The position numbers and the translations under genes are program-made. Under the pieces are notes generated by a model, which was not told where the DNA came from, did no database searches, and saw only the letters and a program-made list of their open reading frames with translations. This document shows, in pieces, positions 1-9,891 of a DNA stretch of 39,858 nt (its first letter is position 1; every line of letters starts with the position of its first letter). The DNA is taken from NCBI GenBank assembly GCA_000708835.1, contig DF237610.1, forward strand, positions 1 to 39,858. Reading direction: 5' to 3'. Source of the DNA: Klebsormidium nitens (lineage: Eukaryota > Plantae > Klebsormidiophyceae).

Positions 1-370
1 TATGTGGATTCAATGGTCTTATCTCTTGACATGGCTTTCTGATCGTGGATGAGACGTGATCAACCCATATCGAGGGCAGAGACGTTGAGACGTCTTCTCG
101 ACATGGCTCTTGTGATTTCATCAAGCGTAAAGAAGCAAGTGCCTTGCGAGGTGCGAGTCTCGAGACTCTTTGACTGAATATGGAGCCTCTTCGTGAGTCC
201 TAACTAATCAGTCTTTGGGAAGAAGGCACGAAGACGCAATTTTTCTGAGAGGCGCTCTTGCTGAGGTGATCCCAAGGCGTGCTGAAAAGCTTCGCATGGT
301 TTCCGCACATATGAAGTAGACAGGCAGCGTGTAAACCCTGTCCAACCGTCACAATACCCGAAAATTACGG

Positions 371-386
371 AAACCCTAAAACCCTA
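371..386. repeat. Tandem telo-box dimer (AAACCCTA)2
   Basis: AAACCCTAAAACCCTA at 371-386, with another copy on the opposite strand at 618-625. Confidence 0.6.
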
Positions 387-524
387 TGGTCCAATTTTGC
401 AATTTTTGCAGATTCTAAATAAAGCTCGCATAAGCCCTTGACCCCAGTACGGACGGTACGGTATTGCGTTTCCTGCCCTTGCCATTCGCGACCGGAAACC
501 TGAACTTCTTGCACTGTTGTTGAA

Positions 525-1660
525 AGCGGTACATGCATCGATCACGTCATTGATGCATGCAACTTAAGGTGCTACTTCTATATAAAACTAATGTATCGGT
601 TAAAAGTATTTCATATATAGGGTTTTTTCACACAAGGCTTTCTACATTGTGTGTATATTTATATAATAGTGGATTCCTTATATTGTTGCATGCATAATCT
701 CCACATCTAATGTTCCATGGCTCTAGCTAGCGCATGACAAATCAAGAGGCCGAGCTAGCTTCAAAAATCAATAAGTACGTAATTAGTGTCTAACTTAAAA
801 ACATTCGGACTCGAAATCGATCGATCGCCGCACGGTCGAAATTTATATCGATCGATAATTTCGATGATCATGCATTTGAGCTGATTCGTCGGAGATATGC
901 GCAACGATCGATATTATATATAACCTTAATTATTGCAATCAAACTTGAAAGTATTTGAGGCGGTCCCCGGGCCATTCAATAATCTAATACATGCATGCCA
1001 TGATGCATGCGAGCCGCGGCCGCGGGGAACTTAGATTTGGATTGAACTTACTGAGCACCGTACAATGAAGAACCTCAATTTAGAATCCGACGATCAAATT
1101 ACTGCAATTGCATATATGGATTGACGCCCGACAGTTTGCAATCAATGCTTATACTAATTAAAAAGTAACGCGCGGCAGCTAGGCTAGCTTATAAGTACAT
1201 GGGCCCAGTGAGGCTAGAAACTTCTGACTCGATCTATCGTTTAGTTAGTATTGCATGATCTTCAGCATGCAGCAACCGATCGATCCGGTGGCATTGTATT
1301 AAGTGAATTACTTATATCATCATGGCATGCATCTAGATTCGAGATCTGAGCGTCTTGCAATCGCGGCGCCATTCGTACATGTGTGGCCGCGCGCGGGCCG
1401 GCGGCATTGTATACACTGTAAGTTAATGTTACTCGATCAACGATAAATTTGATTGCATGAAACTTAGTCGAAGCGTTGTGGTGGTTAATTGATGCTCGAC
1501 ATGCCGGACTAAGCTAGTATAGGCTGTAGTTCTAACATGCACGTACCATCACAGCAGCCTAAGGATCATGGTACACTGCATGGGCCCATCGCTGTGATTG
1601 TTATCTACATTATATACTAAGACCGCTTCAATATGCAATCTTGGCAGCGGCCTTGCCAAT
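525..1660. other. Short-palindrome-dense non-coding tract A
   Basis: 33 palindromic 4-mers start in 781-960 (about 11 expected at uniform composition). Longer perfect palindromes include TATCGATCGATA (846-857), CCGCGGCCGCGG (1014-1025), CCGCGCGCGG (1387-1396) and ATGGGCCCAT (1580-1589). Boundaries are approximate. Confidence 0.8.
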
Positions 1661-2276
1661 TTTACACAAAGTTGACTAACTGTGACATGAAGATCTGTCA
1701 AGTCATTCAGTCACCAAAGTTACGGCAAAATCAGGCCAACCCGTTCAAATGACCTGTCCCGCCGTATCCGACTATCTCCTATATTCACCATTTTCCGAAG
1801 CGGACTTTCAATTGCATGGTGCATTTGCAGATACTACAGATGGCTAATTCCGTTGATGCACCTTCCCACCTTCAAATGGTAACAGGATAGTTGCAGCAGA
1901 TTCAGATCCTCCATCTTGTCACTGAAGATATCTAGTTACAGCTTTGGTCTTTCACCGTTTGAAATTCTCACCTTGATCAGTGCCATCGACTTGTTCCGAT
2001 TTGGGAGGCTAATGGTCGCAACTCGTCTTCCAAAGTTCTATCGGAGGAGCTACCTTTAAGGGTTGCGCCTGACGCCACCGCTACGATTGCTCTAGATTGG
2101 CACGCATTCCCTCTGATCTCGCGGTTGAATAAGACTATTAAATTCTACAGGGGCCGCCAGCATGCTACCAACACAAGCTTGATGCTGCCCTCTAGTTCCT
2201 CTCATTGTATGTACATCACACATCCGCGTGCTTCTCAAACTCTGGTTTGCAGTTTCGAAATTTGACGGCTTTCGGG

Positions 2277-5200
2277 CTATTCGTCGAGGTCTTGCAAGAA
2301 CTCCGACTCATGTAGACGAGCAAGACATTCTTCCCAGCTCGGCCGTGAAGCTGGCGACTCGGAAAAGCAATCTGCACAGTCACACAAAAACAGTCTTTGA
2401 ACATCCGATCTGAGCGCCGGAAGCATGCAATCGTCGAAATGCCGGATGTTCCTCAAAGCCGAACGTCTGCTCATAATGCGGCTTAATCGGTTGCGAGCAA
2501 CTGTAGCATCCCGGACTTGGCGGCCAGTGAGAGGCCCACTCCACTGAGCAGCGGCGCTGAGCGTACGGGGCAGAGGGCCCGGATGTGATCGGTGCCCACC
2601 TGCGACGAGCTTGCCGAGCACGCCCGGCGGTGGGGGCAGACGCGCGCGCTGGGTGGCAACAGCAGCGACCACCTGGTGCGGCTTCAGGCCTTCCCAGGGC
2701 CGCCGCAGCGTGCTCATCTCCCACACGATCACGCCAAAGCTGAAGACGTCGCACTTGTACGTGGCCGCCTCAGAGCGCAGCAGCTCGGGCGCCATCCACT
2801 CGGGCGTGCCCACCGCGGCAGCGCCTGGCTGGCCCGCGTCAGCGGCGAGGCGCGAGAGGCCGAAGTCGCAGATCTTGACGGCCCAGTGCTTGTCGACGAG
2901 GCAGTTGGCGGACTTGAGGTCGCGGTGCACGATGTTCATGCGCTGGATGCACATCATGCCGCGGCAGATGTCGCGCAGCATCTTGAGCCGCCGGCGCAGG
3001 CTCAAGCGAGGGCCCTGCCCGCTGGCGTGGATGAGGCGGTACAGGCTGCCCATGTGCATGTACTCGGTGACCATGGACAGATGCGGGGCCTTGATGCACG
3101 CGCCCAAGAACAAGATCACTGCAACCGCGACACTTGTGCGTCAGCACGAGACGGGCCCTGGCAGAGCATGCAGGGCTGGCACAAGGCGTCTATGCAGGAC
3201 GACCAACTCGGGCGGCACAGGCAGGCAGGCAAGGGGCAGCGCACGCACCGTTGGGGTGGCGCAGGCGGCTGAGCAGGCTGATCTCGTTGCAGAAGTCGTC
3301 CATGTTGTCGGGGCTCAGGTCCTGCTCCAGCAGCAGCTTCACCGCCACCTCCGTGCCGCGCCAGATGCCGCGGAACACCTCGCCGAACGAGCCTGCACGC
3401 ACCCCCGGCCACCGTCACACTGGTATTCTTGGCAGGGGCAGATCACTGGCAGCAGAGCAGCAGGGGGCGGTCCCAGGCTTCAGCACCAGGCTGGTGCCAG
3501 GCCTGTCTGCCCAACGTGACGGAAGGACATGATTGGACGCAGTGTGCTGAAGCACTGCGCTCACCAACTCCCACCCGAATGCCCAGCTTGATTTCGGCAA
3601 AGTCGATGTGCCACTCCGGAAAGGGCAGCAGCTGCCTCTGCTCCAGCATGCTCGCCAGCTCCAACGCACTTTGCAGTGCTCGCCGCTCCTCCTTTCCCGC
3701 CTGCGACCCTGCCAGCACGCCCCCATCCGCCTGGCCCGGGGCGGGGGGGCCTTGTGGGCTCAGCGGCGCGGGCAGCAGCTGTGAGCTGGGGTGGGATGAC
3801 GGGGCATGGCGGCCCGAGAAGTCCGGAACAATCTGCTCCGCGGATGCCCCCCGGAGGAAAGCGCGGGCAGAGGACGGCCGGGGCTGGCAGTCGACACCCT
3901 GGCAGAGGGCGGAGGCGGGGCGATAGTCGATGCCAAGGCGGTCGAGGCGGTGCAGGAAGGTCTCCTCCGCAATGGGCGGAGGACTGCCTGGCACGCACGC
4001 GCGGCGACACCAGGGACAGCGCTGCGCGGCCACAGACCATGCAAAGTATGGTCAGGGAAGAGGAGGGGGGGAAACTTCCCGACGAGTTGTGGATCGGAGA
4101 TCTAGGCGCGGAGGAAGGGAATCGGTCAATTGCCAGAAGCCACAGTGGGCAAGCATACGGGCGAGCAGTCACAGCCGGCCACGCCAGCTCCTTTCGTCAC
4201 TCCAGGAACCGAGGAGCGTACTATTGAGACAAGATGCCGCTCTGCGCCACCTCAACCAGCTTCGCACTTCTCTCAAGCCTCCCCTGACGATGCGCAAGTG
4301 TAAAGAAGCACTAAAAGTGGCCCGCTCACAAGTGCTCGCAAAAGGATTTTTACCTCTGTCTCTGGCATCTCTCCTATGTGGGCGCTGCCGAATCGTTGCA
4401 GCCCGCCCCCGTGTGCCTGACGCTCCATTGGCGGCCGGCCCCCTGTGCGTGCGGCGTTGGCAGTGGGCGTGGCGCCGCTGGTGCTGCTGGCCGTCCCCGT
4501 GGCGCTTGGGGGCTCCTTGACCACGCTGTCGGACCGTCGGCGGCCGGCGCGCAGGCTCTCGTTCATGGCGCGCACAGCCCTGCGCACGTGCAGCACGGGA
4601 ACAGCTCAAAACGAAGCGGGCAGCAGCAGAGCGGATGGGGCCTTTCAGGGCCACCACAACAGGGGGCGGTCCGCTGGTTTAGGTGGGGTCATTGTTAGAC
4701 GAGGGCATTCCAGCAGCTTCAGTGAAAAGTTAGCCCATCAGATAAATTAGCCTAGGAGGCAACAGTGGAGGTTGGGGTCTAAATTAGGGTAACTACGAGT
4801 ACGCAGTTGCGGAAACTGAGTGTCTAGCATAGACTCTAGACATTGAAATCAGCCGACTGAAAGGTCTAGGCAACGTCCAACATGATCCGCGGGGCTTTCT
4901 TGGCGATGCTCAACGGGGAGGCCCGCTGCGGTGTACCTGACAACATCGTCGGTAACCTGGGGCACACTCCTGCGGGTGGCACGGCGATCGGCGGAGCTGG
5001 GTGAGGGAGTGCGCTGCGGGCGGGGGGGCACCATTGACTCGCTGGAGCGCTGCCGCACCAGGTGGCGGGCCAGCTCGCTTGCGCTGCTGCGATCACCACC
5101 AAACAAGGTGGGGCTCAGAGGCGAAGGAGGAGGGGAACGGCAAGAGAATGGTAAAAGGCATCCCAGGTCACTCTCGCTGCCTCCACCACGTGCAGCAGAG

Positions 5201-8200
5201 CGGGCGTGCCAGGCAGAGGGCACGCCAAGATTTACCTCTGCGCAGGCGAGCCTCCGCTGCTGGGCCGCCGGTCGTCGCCCTTGGCATGCGCGGGGCTCCC
5301 TCCCTGCCACTTGGCGCTGGCAGCAGGCAGCTCCCACGGCCCAGCGTGGGTGGCCACACGGGTGAGCACCCGAGGCGGCCGGTCGGGGCTGCACCACAGG
5401 GGCAGGCAGCGTGAAGGGCAGGGAGCAGAGCGGCCATCCAAATGGACAATCAACAGGGGAACCCGCAGTGACACTCACGAGCAGGCGAGGGCATGGTCCC
5501 AACCTGGAGTTTCGCAAGGGCGCTGGGCGTACCTCGTGACAGAGCAATGAGACGCGCTGTCATCGATGTCCACACTCTTCTTCCGAGAGCGCCGCCTGGC
5601 AAAAGGGGGCGGATGGCCATAGACAGCCTCCGGGCTGCAAAAATAAATATACGTCAAAGAATCTTAGAAAGCAATATGTCTGCAACAATGAAGCAAGACC
5701 ACCAAGCAGATTGCGAACAAATCATCAATCAAAGGACAAGAAAGAAAAGATCGGGAATCACCTGAGTGTGCAGTTGTCTCCCTCGTCCAGCAGGAAGCGG
5801 CGAGCACTGCCTAGCATTGATGCCGGGTGGATCCTCTGTGACAATTCTGGGCTGCATCACATCCACGAAGTCGCAACTCATATGCCTCTGTTGCGGACAA
5901 TAAAAAGCAGCAGAGCATGATGATATGACGAAGCAGGGGACTATGTTAGGACACAGCCAGGGGCGGTGCCTCGATATCTTGACCAACCGCTTTGCATGCC
6001 CACCCTGTTCGAAACCCCAGGATCGGATCTGCACACTGCTGACGTTTGGACATGTCACCTGGACGGCAGGCTGCCCTCCTCGGAGTGCACTCTTCGCCGC
6101 AGGTCTCGGGAGACCTCCGGACTGGTGGGAAGGCTGCTGGCTTCGAGCGCTGAGGTGCGCATGCGGCGGTGGGGCTGCGACCGCTGCTCGGGGCTGGACG
6201 ACAAACGCAGAGATCGTTGGGGGCCTTTGCTTACGAAGCCATTGCCTGCTGAGTCCCTGTATCCCGCTCAAAGCGCCTATCCGAAGAATAGCTGCAGTGC
6301 CAGATCGTAAAACCACAGCTGAGCCCCTCTCGATATGGAAAGGAGTGGATGTCTAGAAGGACAGGTGGCAAGCGAGAGCTCACCTTGACAAGACATGCCT
6401 CTCCATGTCCTGCCCTCGCCCTCGAGGCCCTGGCTCGCTAGGGGATGGGCTGCCTTGGAAGCGCCAAGGTGCACGAGGAGCCTCAGCATCCTCCAGGCCG
6501 TTAGGGCTGTGCACGCAAGCAGCAACACGTCAGCGTCCTCCACACATACCCGCAGCGAAAGGTAAGACTTTAACTTTACTCTACTAAGCTCCCAGGATAA
6601 AGGCAACGTATTGTGGATTACCCGAGTCCGCTAACATGCTAAACCTTGTCTGCTGCTGTACTTCTGAACCTGCTTCGCATTACGCCCAAGGAAGCTTACT
6701 TGCTACGCGCGGGTGGCACTTCTCCTGCTGTCAGTTTCGCATCGGGGGATAGGGTAAGCCCATACGCTGCGGCTGCCTGCGCCTGCTGCGCGGCCATGCG
6801 TTGACGATGCAAGCGCAGGCGAGGGCTGTCCAGAACCTCGTGCTCGGGGCTGCAGGAAGGGGGGCACATGAGTGGCGGCAACAGACAACATTGAGTGGCG
6901 GCACCAGACAGCAGAAAGCAGAGGAAAGGGAATGCATGAGTGGGGGCCCAACGACGATGTTGGAAGTTGCAGACATTTTAGCCTGTGATTCTGATTGACA
7001 AGCTGATGGCTCTACTGAGGCCTGAGACGGAGCGCCCATGCGGCCCACCTGTCTGTGGCCAGCGCCATGCCATACAGCGGGCTGTTGGGCCCCGAGTCGC
7101 CTGACTCGTACTCCATGGCTTCAGTGTCGCCGGCATGCCCCACATGATAGGTTAGCAGGGAGCGCGGGGAAACGGGGCGGAGGAGGCCGGGCTTCTTGAG
7201 TAGGTCCACCAGGACCTCCCCCCCGCGCTCCAGCAGCACCACCACCGACAGGTGCTCGTTGGGGCGCACCCCCGCCAGCGGGCTCAGCGGGACGGCCTCC
7301 ATCTGGAATCCCTGCAGATATCGAAGGCGCAGTGAGCAACCTCGTGACACCAGGCCCTATGGACTGAAGACAGGGGCAACGCCTTTTTGCATTTGTCTGG
7401 CCCCCACCTATGCTTGCCGCGAGGTATAACATAAGGCCCAAGACAGCAGTGGCGTGCCACTCAAGTAGGAACAAGGGAAGAGTGGGCATCCTGTTGCACA
7501 CTTACCATTATGAGTCTACTGTGGAAACCCAGCTCATCACATAGGTGCTTGAAGAGCAATGCTCGAGGACGGCATGCCCCGCGTTCAAGCTCCGTTAGAA
7601 GCACCACCGCTGGTACTGAGTCACTCCTTGGACGCCAAATGTTTACATCAAGTGCAGTGGAGGTGGTACTGCTGCGTTGGCTTATTGCCTCAGACATAGC
7701 ACCCCCATAGAAGTCGGCCACCTGCAACCGACGAAGAGCAGCGCCATCAAACAAGAACCAATGCGGATACACTGAGCATGACAGGACCAGCGCAAACTAT
7801 CACAAGCCCACACCCTCAATTGCCACATCCTAGTTTGTCGAAGGGCGTGTCTTACGATTTCTGCCAGCCTTTGCAGCTGCGCTTCCTGGGCGGCACGCGT
7901 CTTGGTGGCCTGGAGCACGGTGTGCGCCAGGTGCGCCAGCCGGCCCAGCTGCAGGTCCTGCTGGCGGTCCACCAGCAGCACATCGCCACTCAGGCCCCGC
8001 GGGGTGGCCTCCAGGCTAGCCAGAGACGGGAACGCAGCAAAGCGGGAGCGCATGTCCTCATTCTGTTCCAAAAAAAGGCAAGATCAAGGGCAGCGGAGAC
8101 TGCGCAGAGCCACTCCCGGAACAGTGGCAAAAAGTTCTTGTTGATCGGCGTTGACTGCCAGATGCGGAAGCAGGCAAGAATGTATGCCACCAAACTGCCG

Positions 8201-8824
8201 CAAAATACCAGTTGAGAATCTGCTCTTGGGTTTGTGAACTTCAGTACGGTGTAGAGCTTGCGACATACCGGGGTGATTGAGTAAAAACCATCTGGTATGG
8301 GGCTATCCAACATCCCAGCTTCCCAGAACGTCCTCGACAACTCCTCCCCAGTGCGACCAGAGGATGACACCTGCACAGCTCCGGAACGTGTGGGACCACC
8401 AAGGGCGACATCCGGCTGCACAAGACACAGGCGGGCCATGTGAGGCAGCCTTCAACATTACCAGCTTACTTCCCAGAGAACAAAAAGACATGTGACCAAC
8501 CGACTGCACGTTTTGGCACTTTCAACAACCTTGCTGCGGCGGTACGGACTTAGAAGCTGTAGTCTCACCTGAGAAGCTTGAGCCAACGCTGCTCTCACCC
8601 ATCCTGCAACAATGACAATTGTTATGGCTTGCAGGCGGTTTGAAGAAGCTGATTGAAGAGAATCTTCCAAACCCTATGTCATCTGCACATTGTCCAGGTA
8701 AACGGTAAATACTAGGAGCTTGCAGCAAGTCGCTCGGTTACCTAGACTTACCTGGCTCACCCAAAGGTTCGATCTGCGTCCCACTCTCCAAACGGGACTT
8801 GATCAGAGACAAAAAGTTGGACAT
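2277..8824 (-). CDS. Raf-like MAP3K, subgroup B1 type (N-terminal EDR1-like domain, C-terminal kinase); multi-exon span
   Basis: Spliced kinase exons 3392-3249, 3118-2600 and 2371-2277 join in phase via GT-AG and give GSFGEVFRG, VAVK, HRDLKSAN, DFG and GTPEWMAPE, with stop TAG at 2279-2277. N-terminal exons encode FWEAGMLDSPIPDGFYS, DVLLVDRQQD, GACRPRALLFKHLCDELG and VLVDLLKKPG. From recall these resemble Arabidopsis At3g58640/At2g31010-type B1 Rafs. ATG 8824 was chosen because exons 8824-8752 and 8603-8569 splice in frame to the next exon; the start is less certain than the rest. Confidence 0.92.
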
Positions 8825-9190
8825 GGCCTTGCACACCTCTGACCTTAGCCACACCGCAACTTCAAATCAATGCACTGCATTTTGTCCCTCAAAATGTAGT
8901 GCACAAGCAGTTCCCGCCACCTTCTGTCACCTCCTCCGTCATCATGTCACCGCCTCAAAAATGAGCCCTCAGATATTGCCCAACTGCTCCTTCATATTTC
9001 TTAGGTACCTCCTAGTCCTACCTGGAATCCAAGTTCTACGTAGGTAGGAGCACACGCTGCAACAGCGCTGAAAGTTGCAGTGAAAGAAACCTGTCAGTGT
9101 CCTGCCCAGCTCAGCCTGGCTGCTTGGAAGAGAAGTGCAGCGGCAAGGTGTGCAAGCCCATGCAACAATCTGCAAACCCTAAGCGACTTC

Positions 9191-9275
9191 CCGGTGATCG
9201 TGACCGGGGTTGCTTTCAAGCGCCAGCTCCAGGTTGCGGGCTAAACTAAGATTGAAGGCCGGTACAATTGACCGG
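9191..9275. promoter_or_regulatory. Twin dyad CCGGT-N7-ACCGG in the kinase/kinesin bidirectional spacer
   Basis: CCGGTgatcgtgACCGG (9191-9207) and CCGGTacaattgACCGG (9259-9275) have the same half-sites and spacer length and lie 68 bp apart. A regulatory role is inference. Confidence 0.4.
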
Positions 9276-9348
9276 CTTCTTACCTTTGAAGCACCTGCCA
9301 CCTCAGGCCACCTCACTCAGCACTGGTCCTCACTGTGACTGGTAGGTA

Positions 9349-9554
9349 CCGTACCAATTGTCTGGTTGGGCAACAATTAAATATTTTTTGACTTGCCCAA
9401 AAATCTGAATTGAAAATAAATTCCAATTAAGGATTTGCAGATCATTTTGCCCCGTAAAAAAACAAAACAAATGCATAAATGAAGCTGCCCAAAATCCCTG
9501 AGATACGAAATTAACTATTGGGCAAAAATTTGCCCAACCGGACAATTGGTACGG
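9349..9554. mobile_element. 206-bp MITE, Tc1/mariner-type (TA target duplication)
   Basis: TIRs of 25 bp: CCGTACCAATTGTCTGGTTGGGCAA (9349-9373) and TTGCCCAACCGGACAATTGGTACGG (9530-9554), matching 24/25. TA flanks at 9347-9348 and 9555-9556. The interior is AT-rich and non-coding, with TGCCCAA/TTGGGCA at 9366, 9393, 9486, 9518 and 9530. Confidence 0.88.
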
Positions 9555-9562
9555 TATACCGT

Positions 9563-9601
9563 GGTCAGCCTCAGCCTGGTGGGTAGGTCAGCCTCAGCCT
9601 G
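9563..9601. repeat. 16-bp direct repeat next to the MITE
   Basis: GGTCAGCCTCAGCCTG at 9563-9578 and 9586-9601. Confidence 0.8.
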
Positions 9602-9891
9602 AGGTTCAGGCCCAGGCCCAGGGGACGGCATGATGATCGGATGGGATGGGGCGTCTGCATTGGGCATGCTGCATCAGAAATGGCGGAGCTCAGGCTTGCT
9701 GAAGCCAGGGTAAACTTCAGGGCTCTCTGCAAAGTATGATTAGATCTCAATCTCGATGTGTAAGGGCTCCAGAAATACAAGTAGGTACACCGCTTCGTTT
9801 TGGAAAAAGACCACAGATGACATGCTTCCAACAGGGTATTTGTGATTGATCTTAGGCTGTTTGAGACGTTTTGTGGTCCACTTCTGTGAAT

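Noticed and set aside
1-330. Start or end of a sixth gene at the window edge
   Set aside because: Only short open frames (e.g. a 29-codon - strand ORF from ~297) and no supportable splice pattern, so orientation cannot be determined.
447-463. GTACGGACGGTACGGTA resembling the right end of the 9349-9554 MITE
   Set aside because: Only GGTACGG+TA matches, and there is no partner left end or TGCCCAA motif nearby.
525-1660. Palindrome tracts as cloning-vector polylinker contamination
   Set aside because: They are kilobase-long, occur three times with different sequence, grade into gene flanks and lack an ordered unique-site layout or vector features I recognise. A UniVec search would settle it.
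6004-6020. GTTCGAAAC as a tRNA T-loop
   Set aside because: The flanks do not form a T-stem and there is no cloverleaf; it lies in a kinase intron.
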